A stretch of DNA of 64,000 bases from Podarcis melisellensis (taxonomy: Eukaryota). The DNA lies in assembly GCA_964234715.1 (NCBI GenBank), contig OZ174283.1; one strand, 5' to 3'. The translations under genes and the position numbers were made by a program. The stretch's first letter is position 1. The number at the start of each line of letters is the position of its first letter. Shown here in pieces: positions 1 to 13,600 of this stretch. Below the pieces are notes generated by a model, which was given only the letters and a program-made list of their open reading frames with translations, ran no database searches and was not told the DNA's origin.

Positions 1-59
1 CGCAGCCCGGCACCCTCTTCTCCCAGGCAGTGGCGCACAGGTGGAGGTACATGTTCCCC

Positions 60-649
60 GATAAATCAGGGCATTACATCTACCTTCGATACCTCGAAAT
101 ATGTCTACCTTATCGGTTGCGTTGCATAGATTCGCATTTGTTAGAGCCAGATTTAATGTGTTCCCCTCAAATGTGCCGAGCAATAGATTTTCTAACGGTA
201 AAACTTCTGTTTTATGCGCATGTGACAACAAATCAATAGAATCCCTTTATCATATCTTGTTTAATTGTCCTTTATATATTGTTCCCCGATCAAGGATTCT
301 GAGTTCAATCATTTTGGAAACTGTTGCTAAACCACCTGAATTACATCTAGCTTATCTACTCCAGGACATTGACTCTTATAGAACATTACAGGTTGCCAGA
401 TTCCTGATTTCAGTTCTTTCATATAAAAGACTTCATGGAATGCTGCATGACTATTAAAAATCTAGTAAACTCTATGCACCATCTTTATCTTCAAGGCCAC
501 AATACGGTACATCTAGAGATTGTACGTAATGTGAAGGAGATTATGCGTTGACATATTTTAGTTGATATTTTAGAATGTAAAATGCTATTTTATTTATTGA
601 TTGGTTTTACCTTGTGGGCTTATAGCCGAATAAAGTATTATCTATCTAT
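60..649 (+). mobile_element. 3' fragment of a non-LTR retrotransposon (RTEX-like) with zinc-knuckle C-terminus
   Basis: ORF 101-457 has ARFN..PS and CAC...ESLYHILFNCPLY...R; followed by AT-rich 3'UTR, AATAAA and (TATC)n tail. Confidence 0.7.
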
Positions 650-784
650 CAGCGGCGTAGCGTGGGGGGTGCAGGGGGGGCCGGCCGCACCGGGCGCAAC
701 ATCGGGGGGGGGCGCGCTCCACGGGTTATGGGGCGCAAATTACTTGCCTTGCCCCGGGTACTGACAACCCACGCTACGCCACTG
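650..784. mobile_element. Mini hAT-like element, copy 1
   Basis: TIRs CAGCGGCGTAGCGTGGG / CCCACGCTACGCCACTG; near-identical to 1061-1207; no TSD of its own. Confidence 0.8.
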
Positions 785-838
785 ACTGCGCGGAGAAAGA
801 GGGGCATAGGCAAGGACGCAAAAGGAGTCCCACGGGGC

Positions 839-927
839 CATAGCTGTCAACTTGTCCCTTTTCTTGCGAGGAATCCTATTCGGAATAAGGGAATTTCCCT
901 TAAAAAAGGGAAAGGTTGAAAGCTGTG
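839..927. mobile_element. Small hAT-type MITE nested in the composite
   Basis: TIR CATAGCTGTCAAC / GTTGAAAGCTGTG; 8-bp TSD CACGGGGC (831-838, 928-935); related copy at 13680-13771. Confidence 0.8.
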
Positions 928-1060
928 CACGGGGCCGCTCCATATAGGGACGATCATCCTGACCGGGTAGCTTCGTTTTCTTCTGAATTTAAAATAAATT
1001 CCGAAAAGTGGTGCGGTGGGACAGAGCGCTCGTCTCTGACTGGGGACTCCTGGTTCTGAT

Positions 1061-1207
1061 CAGTGGCGTGGCGTGGGGGGTGCAGGGGGGGCCGGCCGCA
1101 CCGGGCGCAACATCTGGGGGTTAGGGTTAGGGGGCACAAATTCACGGGTTAGGGGGCGCAAATTACTTGCCTTGCCCCGGGTGCTGACAACCCACGCTAC
1201 GCCACTG
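1061..1207. mobile_element. Mini hAT-like element, copy 2 (supplies the right end of the composite)
   Basis: TIRs CAGTGGCGTGGCGTGGG / CCCACGCTACGCCACTG; a degraded right half recurs near 37978-38033. Confidence 0.8.
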
Positions 1208-1773
1208 CTCCCAGGGGCCCTTTGGCCCTGGGCAGCCTTCCTCACCTCCCGGCGGGGTCCAGCCACGGGTCTTCGGCAGCCCAGCTGCCTCCACTGCTGG
1301 CGGGGCCAGCGGGTCTTCGATGGCACCCGTTTCCTCTGTGAATTGGCGCGAACCTTGGAAAGCCACCCCCGTTGGTGGCCATCGCTGCCTCGTGCGGGAG
1401 CCAGTTGCATCGTTGCATGATGGACTTTTCCTTTTCTCTGCCCTAAAGCTTTCAACGTTTTCCAAACGGTTATGTTTGGGTATGCGTCTTGAATACCATT
1501 TTTGACTCGCCGGTGGACAAGTCTACATTCAATGCATATTTGAAGCTTTCCACTTGAAAAATTAGTTCTCTTTTATCAACATCTTGCTATAAATTTGCAG
1601 GTTCACTGGCTTTTGCCCTCAGCCCCTCTGTTGACATCGAATCTAACTGGGTATATGTATGTAGTGGAGCAAATTTTCTTGTATCTTAACTGTGAGAATG
1701 ATCAGGCATAGCAGAGAGCAAGTCCTACTGAACTCAGTGGGACTTCTGAGTAAAAACGCTTAGGATTGCAGTA

Positions 1774-1961
1774 CAGTGGTACCTCGGGTTCCTTCCGCTT
1801 CAGGTTACAGACTCCACTAACCCAGAAATAATACCACGGGTTAAAACTTTGCTTCAGGATGAGAACAGAAATTGTCCTCCGGCAGCAGCAGGCTTCAGGT
1901 TAGCTTCAAGTTAAGAACGGACCTCCGGAACAAATTAAGTACTTAACCCGAGGTACCACTG
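1774..1961. mobile_element. Tc1/mariner (Tigger-like) MITE
   Basis: TA|CAGTGGTACCTCGGGTT ... AACCCGAGGTACCACTG|TA. Confidence 0.85.
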
Positions 1962-2576
1962 TATAATACTGCAGTCTTTTACTCAGTAAACTTACTTCTG
2001 AGTAGACACATACAGTGCAAGACTCAAGTGGCTTGGCTACATTTTCCTTCAAAATTATAAAATACAAAGTGCTTCACATGTCAGCATCATATTTCTTTCA
2101 TTTGGTACAAGTATTTTACAGCAGTGCCCTCTTTATGTATTCAAATAGTGTAATCATGTATATTGTCCTCTAGAATGGTGTCCAAACTTGTTTCAAAGAG
2201 GGCCAGATTTGATGAAGGGCCGACCAAAGTTGTTGAGCTTTTTTAAGGATTTCCCCCCAGGAAATAAACTGCCACGGGGGCAGACTTTGGACATGCCAGC
2301 ATCTAAATCCAAACAGACACCCCCATCCCACCTATTATAAGCAAGCAATACTCCAAAATGCTTATCTTGTGAACTTGCCATTTGTTTTATCATGACAAAA
2401 GCTCCCGTTTCCCCAAAAAGGCAGGATGGGGAAGTCTGATCTCTTCATCACTTTTAATTGATCTCCGAGACGTGGAAAAAGAAGAAGGAGAAAGTTTATT
2501 TCCAGGAGTTGGATCCCTTCCAATTCCTTAGATTTAACAGCAGAACAAGCAGTGGACAGCAACAACTTTCCACTTT

Positions 2577-3110
2577 AGAATCATAGAGTTTCAACTTTAG
2601 AATCATAGAGTTGGAAGAGACCACAAGGGCCATCGAGTCCAACCCCCTGCCAAGCAGGAAACACCATCAGAGCACTCCTGACATATGGTTGGCAAGCCTC
2701 TGCTTAAAGACCTCCAAAGAAGGAGACTCCACCACACTCCTTGGCAGCAAATTCCACTGTCGAACAGCTCTTACTGTCAGGAAGTTCTTCCTAATGTTTA
2801 GGTGGAATCTTCTTTCTTGTAGTTTGGATCCATTGCTCCGTGTCTGCTTCTCTGGAGCAGCAGAAAACAACCTTTCTCCCTCCTCTATGTGACATCCTTT
2901 TATATATTTGAACATGGCTATCATATCACCCCTTAACCTCCTCTTCTCCAGGCTAAACATGCCCAGCTCCCTTAGCCATTCCTCATAAGGCATCATTTCC
3001 AGGCCTTTGACCATTTTGGTTGCTCTCCTCTGGACACGTTCCAGTTTGTCAGTGTCCTCCTTGAACTGTGGTGCCCAGAACTGGACCAGTACTCCAGGTG
3101 AGGTCTGACT
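2577..3110 (-). mobile_element. CR1 LINE 3' fragment
   Basis: ORF2 C-terminus ([25 protein letters not shown]...[21 protein letters not shown]) and (GATTCTAT)-type tail. Confidence 0.92.
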
Positions 3111-3488
3111 TTGCTTGGAGGACAAGCTCCCCCACCCCTCTTCAGAATTTCAGAGTTACAAAACCACAGGGGACCCAATCTTCAGCTTCACTGGGGAGAG
3201 CCACCAGCCTCAGTCCAACTATTCCCTCCCTCTCCCTGCTTCCTCTTGTAAATGAGCCTTCCACTTCAAGGGGAAAGGATCTGAAAGGAACACTCACTTA
3301 GCAACAGAGAAGGCCAGGCGCTTGCAACAAACGCCATTCACTTTTTCCTTTTCTCTCTTTGGCTGAAGCCCACAGTAAATGCTGCCAGGCTGGGAGCCTC
3401 AATGGCGCCCTCTGGAAGCTTCAGCTGGTGCAAAAACCCAGGCTAGCCCCCCCTCCCCCCAGCAACAGCTCTGGCCAAACTGCACCTT

Positions 3489-3527
3489 AATAATAATAAT
3501 AATAATAATAATAATTATAATAATAAT
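3489..3527. repeat. (AAT)n microsatellite
   Basis: Direct read. Confidence 0.9.
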
Positions 3528-4579
3528 CAGCATCTTTTACATTTGGCACAAAATGCAAGCCCCACTGGGACTGGCTCCAGCTGAGTGACGCTGCCAAAAG
3601 TGCAGCGTGCCTTTGGCACTGAAATTTTCAGCAGGAATCGCTGCAGATTAATCAGGTGATTTGACAGGTATGGGTGGCCCCAACACCTGTCAGAAGTGGC
3701 CCCTGGAAGGTGGGCTAATCCAAGATCCAACTGGACACTGGGATGTAGGCAGTGATGCTTTCCCAAAGATGGAACGGACTCATGCGACAGGGGTGTGGGA
3801 GAAAGGTCAAGCCATGCTGTAGGAACGAAAGGCTGCTTGTACAACCTTGGATACTGCCAGTATATATGCAATACTTACTTGGTTTTAATTAGCAAGAGCT
3901 TGCTTAGAAGGGAAAGGCCTACAATGATTCCCAATTACTTCAGAGGCCAGTATGCTACTTGTTTGCAGTGACAGGATAAATGTTCCACGTGTTATGAAAA
4001 AATACCGTTATTTCAGAGCTGCTTGGGTGTGATGGACGGAGTTGAATTGTCTCTCTTTTGTATGTGTGTTTATGGGATTTTATGCATCTATGCATATATT
4101 TATATTCACAAACATAGGACAGGATACAAATGTATCACATTATTCTTGGGCATATTATAAAGAAAGTGAATGGCCAACTGCATGTCAAATTTTGTTGGCA
4201 AACAATAGTGAATTACGAGTTCCAGACATCATACCTTCTGACACCAATAATCAATTGCTGCCCCAGGAAACCCCCCTCCAGTGATATCCTGTGGTTTTGC
4301 TGCTCATCTACAAACAGTGCCAACTGAGGAGAACATTGCATTTCCTGTTTGGTTATCTTCCACATTTCTTTCAAATACCTTCTTCCAAAGTCACATTCTT
4401 TTTCTAAATAAACATCTGTCAGTATTTGGTATACTTTTTTTCAACGTGAACATTCCTTTATAAGGAAATGCCTACCTGTACAGATTGTGTTTTCCCCCTC
4501 TTAGTAATATACCCACACATAAGACGCACAACACAAAATGTAATATATCTCTAGTTTCCTTCTGTACAATATAAAACTG

Positions 4580-4585
4580 TTTATT
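4580..4585 (-). terminator. Candidate NOP14 polyadenylation signal AATAAA overlapping the stop codon
   Basis: Minus strand reads TTT TAA ATAAA; a GU-rich tract (TTTTGTGTTGTGCGTCTTATGTGTGGGT) lies ~40-70 nt downstream. Confidence 0.55.
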
Positions 4586-4678
4586 TAAAACTTTTTTCTT
4601 TTCATTGCCTTCCAGTCTCCTTCCTGCTGAGCAAGACTCCTGAAGAGTTGTTTCACTTTTCTTTTTCTTTCTGAATCC
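4585..4678 (-). CDS. NOP14: NOP14 exon 18 CDS (94 nt incl. TAA)
   Basis: DSERKRKVKQLFRSLAQQEGDWKAMKRKKF*. Confidence 0.95.
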
Positions 4679-7600
4679 CTGAAAATTAAAATAAAATTAC
4701 TTTTATTTTGGAACTACCCGTCCAATGAAGGTTTGAAAGATAGATACAACCTCTGATACAGTTTTAACTGAAGAAATCTGCACCAATCACCTCCACCATT
4801 CAAAATTTTATGAGAACCAAATGGTTTTTTTCTCCAGACCACCTAACATTTCTGGTTTTCAAATGACCTCATGTTTTCAGAATTCAAAGACATGCAAACA
4901 AGTCCCTGACAGAGATCAAACCATGCTCTTCAATGGCTGAGTGCATGTATCTTCCTCAGCCATGGTGAACAGCCTGGATTCAGAATAGGAGGGAGCCTCA
5001 TATGCCACCTGCATTATTCTAATGCTTGAGTAGAAAGAGGACAAACTACCTAAAGTCTTGAGAAGCGACAATGAAAAGATTCAATTGTGGATGACTATAT
5101 CTTTCCAATGTGATCACTCTTTCTGACCTCAGTCCTAGTTGTAAGATGAAACTGCAACTTTCAAAAATGTTTTTGGGAATGAATAGAACACTGCAGACTG
5201 CATGTTAGATATGAGGATTAGTGCAGTCCGTTACTTTCTTGTGAGTAAGCGATTGCTGGAAAAATATAAATAGTGCATTATCTGAATGCCCTATTTATAT
5301 TTTGTATCTTGCACTATAAAACATACAGACCATCTAATGAAGGGTTTGATTTCATCTGAAATCTGGTGTATTTCTACATTAAAACCATTGCAATAAATCA
5401 TCTTACTGCTGTCTTAGTTAACTCAAGGATAACAAATTTAAACCAAATTTAAATTTAAAAGAATATATGCATTACCTTTCCATGGTTTCTGCAAGCTGCA
5501 TTCTAGCAAGGAATTGGTTATCTTTGCGGATCTCACGAACAGCTCCTTTAAATTCACGTTTGTGCTTATGAATTAGCCGTTTTCTTTCCTGCTCTTTCTT
5601 ATTGCTTTCTTGTTTTCTTCCAAATTCCAGGCTGAAATTATAAAGTACATTATCTCAAACACACTTTTCTGCTGGACTTAACTGGAACTTTTTTGCATCA
5701 GGATCACCAACACTGCACACATTTTGAGGGCATCGTTGCCACGGCAAATTAATTTCATAGCATAATAATCTGATCCACTTTTATATGGTTTAGAATACGT
5801 AAAGTTAAAAAACAGCAGAAATATTTCCGCATTATATATAAATGTTATTTTTAATTTATGTAGCTTCTTCCAGCTATTAACAAAATTGTTGTGCAAATAG
5901 GTGGTGCAGCCCCTAAAGATGCCTTTTACAAGCCAGTAAATTAAAGGCATGAGAATAAAGTTACAGAAATAAACTGGTGTTTCACAGTAGCAGCAGCAGT
6001 AAAGTCACAATGCTTTGCAATTCCCTTTCCTTACATAGCACTGTTTTAGTAGCATCTAGTGTAAAGGTAAAGGGACCCCTGCCGGTACGGGCCAGTCGTG
6101 TCTGACTCTAGGGTTGCGTGCTCATATCGCTCTAGAGGCCGTGAGCCGGTGCCGTCTGAAGACACTTCCGGGTCACGTGGCCAGCATGACAAGCTGCATC
6201 TGCCGAGCCAGCGCAGCACACAGAACGCCATTTACCTTCCCGCTGGTAAGCGGTCCCTATTTATCTACTTGCACCCGGGGGTGCTTTCGAACTGCTAGGT
6301 TAGCAGGAGCTGGGACCAAACGACGGGAGCTCACCCTGCTGTGGGGATTCGAACCACCGACCATACGATCAGCAAGTCCTAGGCGCTGAGGTTTTACCCA
6401 CAGCGCCACCCGCGTCCCTAGCATCTAGTGTACTAACCCTCAAATTAAGTCTCTGGTATACATAGGTGCATATCTACCAGAAGCCCCCCTAGGTTTTTTG
6501 CACACCTCAGGTAGGCTTAGGGTAGACTGGTTAAGCACTTTGACTGAGGCTGCTCTATGGCTAGATCACATACCACACTGGCTGCTTTGAAAGCACGAGA
6601 AACCATGCGGGAAGGCAAAATATGAGGTTAATCCTCATGCTAACCAAAGCAAAATAATTACTACCAGCCACATGGTTCCCAGTTCAAACATTAATGATTC
6701 AGGATAGGATGCAACCATTGGACCTTAGCTATATGTCTTTAGCTTTTCTTCCTAGTCTCATCACCTGAATTAATTTCACATGGGGCAGTAAACACCAAGC
6801 AATTATGTGCATTATGCAGAGCTATCAATTCAACTTCAATTGTTGAACAGGCTTTGTCATGGATGCAAAGTATCAACTTTTATTTGCAACACAGGCAATC
6901 TCCATACACGACAGTATTTCTTTCAGAGCTAGAGATACTCACACTTTCACTATTTTGGGTGTGAACAGCTTCAAAGGCACTGGCTTTTTCTTTTCACACA
7001 CCAAGGGACAACGTTGCCCTTTGCTCTCCAGCTGTTTCAGAACACTGTCAAACAGCTCCTGAAAATGAAACTCTGCTTTAAAAAGGCAGCTGAATAAAAT
7101 GCAATAAAACAAATATACAGATACAGTTGTAATATAGTTAACATATACTAAGAAAAAGTGTTAGTGAAACTGTATCTGAATTTGCCTGCCGCTTTCAAAA
7201 AAAGAGTTTGATAAAGTCTTCCAACAAAAGATGCCCATGTGAACTTAGCAGTCATGAAATAAGAGGATAGGTCCTTTTAGGGATCAACAACCAGCTAAGG
7301 AACTGGAAGCGGAGGGTAGGAGCAAACAGTTCTTGCAATGGAATCAGGCAGGCAGTTGGGGTCTGTACTGGAGTAATACTGATGGTTCATACACAAGCTG
7401 GTGTCAGGCAGTCAGTGAGGCAGCCAAGTTTATAGATGGCACCTAATTAATCAAGATGTGAAAATTCAAGTGGACTGCAAAGACCTCAAAGCAGATCTCT
7501 CCAAACTGTGAGAATTGGCAACAACCCGGCAAATGTAGTTCAGTATAAATATGTGCAAAGTGCTACAGACTGGGTCAAAAGGCTAACTTTCCAACAGTGC

Positions 7601-10600
7601 AAGTCCATTCAAATTGTCAGTGACTCAATAGGAAATACCTTTCGATTGTGGAAGATAGCTCCATAAGAAAGGTAACTTAGTGTGCAAATTTAACAAATTC
7701 TTAGCACGGTATTTGCCTTTTCAGCATGCTGATTTTACATTCATCTGTGGTGTGATGCATTTGAAATACCATGCACAGTTCTGATTATCTCAACTCTAAA
7801 AGGGCATTGTATCAGAGGTGGAAAAGCATAGGAAAGGGCAACAAAGTAGTCCAGAAGATGGAATGTCACCTCTCAAAAGGGCAGGCTAAAGAGTTTGGAG
7901 CTTTTTGCTAATAGGGAGAGAACTATAGGGGAGGGAGATTCATAGAAATTATATATGGTGTGGAGAAAGTATTTTCCCCTCTCATAATACAATAACCTGG
8001 GGTCACACAATGAAATTGACTGACAAAATTCAGGGCAGACAATATAAAATCCTTTACACAACACATAATTGACCAATGGAAATCATTGCCACACAGTACA
8101 GTGATGGTCAATAGCTCAGACGCTTTAAGGAGGATTAGACAAGTTAACGGATTGTAGTTCAATCAGCAGCTATGGAATGAAGGAGTTGCACAGAACCACC
8201 CCTCCAAATTCTAAAGCTGCTAATAAAAAGCCCACTTTGATTATTAGTTTGGTCACTTGCTCTCAGAAATTGTGTCAAGCAGTTTGCCTTTCCACACGGA
8301 CGATTTTTGAGATGTCTAGCAAATGAAAAGACTCAGTGTACAATCTGCGAAGGTACCACAAATGTTTCTATTGGGTGAAATGCTTCACAGACTGAAACTC
8401 AGTGAGGCGGCAGCATGTTTTACCTGCAGGTGGTGAGGGTACCTAATCATTGGCATCTGTGTCCTAAGCAGCATTTGGATGGGCTGCATTATTTCACTGA
8501 ATGATGGAAGTGATCCATATGTAACTGCGCATCTCTTAACCAGGTCCAGGCACAGGTCTAAGCATGATAACCTGTAAAACAATTGGTAGTTGTCATATCA
8601 ACAGCTTCAATGACAAAACTGGCATTGCAATTTTAATGAAGAATTTGGAACAGTTGAAATATCTACTTTTGCCCCACAATTAGCTGAGAAAAGCCATAGC
8701 ACAATTACAGGCGAATGTTCCCAAAGTGAAGCATTTTCTTGCACTCCACAATGCTGGTGTGCAAAGCAGCTCTGTTGACGGTTTACCCAACCCATTGTAA
8801 AGTATTGGAAGTGCTCAGAGCTGTCTGACTGGTAAGGAGAGACAAAAATGCACACTGCTACTTTTAAATTTCTGTTCTTCAGCCAATGAGCCCTGTTGGG
8901 CATACATGCCCTCTGTGGGCATGCTAAAAGGTAGTGACTGGCTCACAATCTTGCAGTGAGCTTGTGCCAGTAAGCCCTTACATACAAACTCCATGCTTTA
9001 TCAGGTCTATTTACACTATTATCACATCACATTTCACTCCACCTCCCTGGGTCTTGGGGACTCTAAGCATTAGTGCAGGACTGCTTGCCCCTTGCTATGA
9101 AAGTTTACATCTTCTACATCTTTATCACGGGAAGGCTGAGGTCAGCAGGAAGAAGAAATTACGTGTTGTTCCTCATCACACCTGAGGGCACTAAGCAATG
9201 AGAAAGAGATTCCTCTCTAGCACCCTGCAGCCCTATTTCTGGGTCTGCACACATCATCCCCAAGGGATGTCCCCATGGAACTTTCTGCCCCACATTTCCT
9301 GCAGTTGGTATGGGGGCTGGACAAGATGGGCTCTGAGGTCCTTCAAACACATACGTATCTGTGAACAGTAGGACTGAAGCTGTCCGGAGCACACCTAAAG
9401 CTTTCCTGCAGCAGCAGGGATTCATCTGCAGACACCTTTTACTCTCCAACCGCTGCAAGGCTGCACTCTCTAGTCACTGAAGACTATGAAAGGACTATTT
9501 CTTCTGATTTGCTTGATAGTGGAGTGCTTCATAGTAGTTTAGTCAGCTACCACTAACAAATTTCCTAAAGGCAAGGTGAAATATTTTGCCCACAATATGA
9601 TTCTGTGTCTGTTGCTAAGGCGCACAAAAGACAGTTCTTTCATACTAAGTATTTATGCACTGGATCTATATCAGCAGGAAAACATTCTAAACACATTCTA
9701 GCATACCGCAGATGATTCATGCCTGTTCTGTCGTCTTTAGATCTAGTTATAATATGGAGTGGAAGATGTTGTTTTTGCCAGGTATCTGCATCTGCTTTGT
9801 CAGTGACAACAAGCAAGTCTGAGTGTTTTCCTAGTGACGCAAAAGGATGTACCAAGGTATAACCTGGAAGAGAAGAACACACTCAGAGATTAGTTTTAAT
9901 ATTGCTGAATATCTTACGGTATGGTAAATTTCAAAATAGTAAGAGACAGAATCACAGAATTCTAAACATTTTCTGATGCACTAAACCAACTAGACTCAGA
10001 AGTGGGGGGGGGGGAGAGGGGGGGAAGAGAGAACATATATGCCTATTCTCCCCAGTAACCATACCTTGAACCTCTTTGTTTGGCATAGCCATGTAAAGAA
10101 CTCCCAGGAGAAAATTGACAAGTTCTGGGATGAATCTTCGAGATAAGGATATATATTCTAGGAAGAGACAGCACACGAACAATCCTTTAACAACATCTTG
10201 CACTGTTGTTACTGTGCACTAAAGAAAAAATAGCACACATAATTATTGAACACAGAAAACCAACTATTCTAATTAGTCTCAGTTAGCAGGTTATCAGTAC
10301 AGTGGTATCTCCAGTTGTGAACAGGATTCGTTCTGGAGTTCCGGTTGCATCCTGAGGAATTCACAACCGGAGGTGCTGCTTCTGCGCATGCGGCAAAACC
10401 TGGAAAAATACCTCCAGGTTTGCCACATACGTATCCCAAAGGATACATAACCAGAGGTGAATGCAAGAAGAGGTATCACTGTACCTATAAAAGTTACTTT
10501 TCACTGCTTTAATACATTTATTTGAATGTGCTTTGATTCCTTGCCTTCCTGGAGGTTAAGAAGCATTCAATGAAAAAGTTTTGGAACCCACTGCAATGTA

Positions 10601-13600
10601 TTAAGACTGAGGTCGGGAAGTCCCAGCCTGTTTGAGCTGGCTGCAAGGGGTCAAGGTGCTTCACTTCATTCAAGAGGAGGAGGGAGGAAGAGTTCCTCCT
10701 CCGGGAACTCCCTTAGTGTCTGTGTTGGCTGCAGAGAGAGGGGCTAATCCTCCTCCAAAGCCAGCATGGAAGTGCAGCAGACTGCTGGAGGAGGGACTGA
10801 GCACCCGGCCCCTTCTTTGCCTGTCTATTGAAGAGACCCTCACAGGGGGTTATTTCTTTTTTTTTGGGGGGGGGGAATGTTGGCAGGGAAGAAGAGGGCA
10901 AAGTATGATAGAAGGTCAGGGAATGTTTTTAGTTTCACCAAGCAGAACGGGGATGGAAGGGTGAAAAGCCTCAGAAGGGGAGTAGTGAAGAGAATCTTAC
11001 ACAGCAAGAGAGGGATATGGAGGAGCAGAAAAACAAATAATGAATCCCACTGCCTTGCAGTCATTTCATACAGAGGGAAGAGTGAAAGAGAAGGTGGTTG
11101 GCAGAAAGAGAAAGGGGAGATGGCTCCACCCAGCACTGGGCCCTCCACCTTGCAGCTTGACACATCAACACTGAGGAAATGAAGCCCTGAGCAGAAAAGA
11201 AAGTTGAAAACCATTAAATTATAAAATGTCCCCCAACTCTTGTTGGACCGTATTAATGTCCACCTTTACAAAATAAAAGTTCCACGTTCTACTAGAAGCC
11301 AAGACTGCTTTCACATGTAACTTGGAATTGACAGCTGGGTGGAAACTCCCTGCCAAAAGGCGGTCTACAATTCCTGTGCAGGAGGCAACCATTTTAGCTG
11401 CATCCAATGTGCGATCGCCAACACGTGGGTCCTTTTGGACCTGGAAGAGGAACAGGCTGTGGTGCACTTATATGCGGGGGTCACTGACATGTGGGGGAGG
11501 GAAAGGGATGCCCATGCATAATGGGTCACTGCCCATACATGTACAAGAGGAAGGCAATTTTGCAGCCTTGGAAAGTTATGAAGGAAGATGAGGCAGTACA
11601 CCACAGCTTTAGACAGAGAGCACAGAACGTGCAATCGAGTAACTCTTGGCAATCAAGCCCTAATACTTGATTATGTGGTGATGTGGTTATCGAAAAGAAC
11701 GTGTGTAACCTCAGCAGAATGGACTTGAATGATCTGTGACAGCAACACTACAGGTCTGGCATAAGAGCCCTGGAAAGCGAGATCTGCATTTGTCTGAAGA
11801 TCTTCTGGCTGAGTTGGGCTGGTAGCGAGAATGCATCTTGGTTTTTTTTTATAAAGGGTCACACATATGCTAAAAATGCTAGAAAGTGCTTTAACTCCCC
11901 ATTCTTGGTTGGAACAATCCTGCATTGTAGTGGTCTCTTTCCCCATACATATGCACACATTCTGACTTCAGGCCCTAAAACTATGCAGAGAGGTAGCTAC
12001 GAAGTTATTATAATTTGCCATTCTGCACTTGCTCATTTACCTATCTCAGAACAGGTTCAGCTCTGCACAAAATTACAATCCCTGCACCATTCACCCCATT
12101 TTCCACTATGACCACTAAACCCAGGTAGTGGAAAGGTCTTACGGTGTTCAGGGAAGTTCAGCCTCAAATTATGTCCCCCAAGAGGAAGGAATGATATAAG
12201 AACTTTAGGCAGATGGTCTCTGTATATAGTCAAGTGCATTTGCAAAGATGGTAACTTTGCAAGTGGATCCATCTTCTTTTAGCTGCCTAACTGCAGTTTC
12301 AATGGAAATCTTTACACATTTGAACTAGGTTATTATAGAAAGATCTGTGTCGTTAACAACATTGCAGACATACCTTTGTGAGTAGCTGGCTCATATAAAC
12401 CAAAGACGGTGTTACCACCGGATGGCAGAAATCAGAGGTTGGAAAAAGTACTGCAATAATTTTCAAATATATAAGCTGAAAGAAAAAATATTCAGTCAGT
12501 AACAGTGGTAAATTACATTACCAACTGCTCAATAAGCTGTCTAAGGGGATGTTAGTGCCCCATTTCGCATGGCCCTTGCAGCAAGGAGCTTGAGCTGTTT
12601 TTGTGGCTTCCGGTGCCCTATCGCTGCAGCCATATAACCATGCAGAAAGGAAATGGCCAAAGTGAAGCAATCATTTTCCACATCTGCTCCCTGCAGTTCC
12701 AGTTTCATAAATTGCTAAAATGCCACAAGACCTAGTCGCTCAGAAGCAGCTGTCATGTCCCCAAGTTTCATTGTGCATAAGGGTTAAGCTCATTTAAAGT
12801 CACTGGACATTCAAGTAAATGTGCTATAGACGCTATACCATAGAACATCCATATGTTTATGCACATTACAGTAAAAGAAGTCAACTTCTTTTAAGAAACC
12901 ACTATTTTAAAAATTATTTCTTAAATTTGTATGCAGCATCTAGATCTCAGGGCTGTTCACAAATAAAATTTGTGCATGTCTCCATTCTACTTTCCTCAGT
13001 CAGAAGGAACTGTGAGACAGTCAGGCATGGCCCAGCTATAATCTGGCAGAACAGTCCCCCCAGTGGCCATTCCACCAGGCTTTTAATATTTCAGGTAGGA
13101 CCTCCCAAAAAAATGTTAGTGTATCCTTCTCACTAACTTACAAAGTGGCTCCTGCTCTGTGTTCCAACCAGACAGCCACAGCACACATACTGTATTTTCA
13201 ACCAAAAGCTGTATTGAGTGCATTGGCAGAAAGATTTTCTATAAATGCAATAAATAAGTAAGTAAGTAAGTACCATATCTAACCCTGGAAATGCCGCATG
13301 GCCTTTCACTGCTAGAATTTCTTCCATGTCATGAGTAGCATCTTGAAGGACAAGTTTAACATGATTACTTGCAGCTTTAGGGAACATTTGGCAAAGATCA
13401 TACAAGGGCCTGTTAACAGAAGATCAAGTCAGATTTAAGGACAATTTTTAATGGCCTTTTAATTCCAAAAGAAGAATGAACAGCTGAAACAATACACCCA
13501 ATTTCTACCCAGGCAGCTTATCCAGAAGAATACCATAGTTGATTATATTGACCGTCAATGAGTTGAACTCAACGGACATCTAAAACTCATCAAACCTATT

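Larger units (their letters stand above)
28..1207. mobile_element. Composite hAT-type element with nested cargo
   Basis: Ends CAGTGGCG (28-35) and CGCCACTG (1200-1207); identical 8-bp TSD CTCCCAGG (20-27, 1208-1215). Confidence 0.75.

Noticed and set aside
1118-1133. TTAGGG repeats as an interstitial telomere
   Set aside because: Only about two units, inside a mini-transposon.
1420-4330. Plus-strand acceptor/donor-like sites (~1448, ~1600, ~4016, ~4117) as a NOP14-AS1-like transcript or MFSD10 exons
   Set aside because: No coherent exon chain or recognisable peptide; one implied intron is only ~58 nt. Cannot be supported without RNA data.
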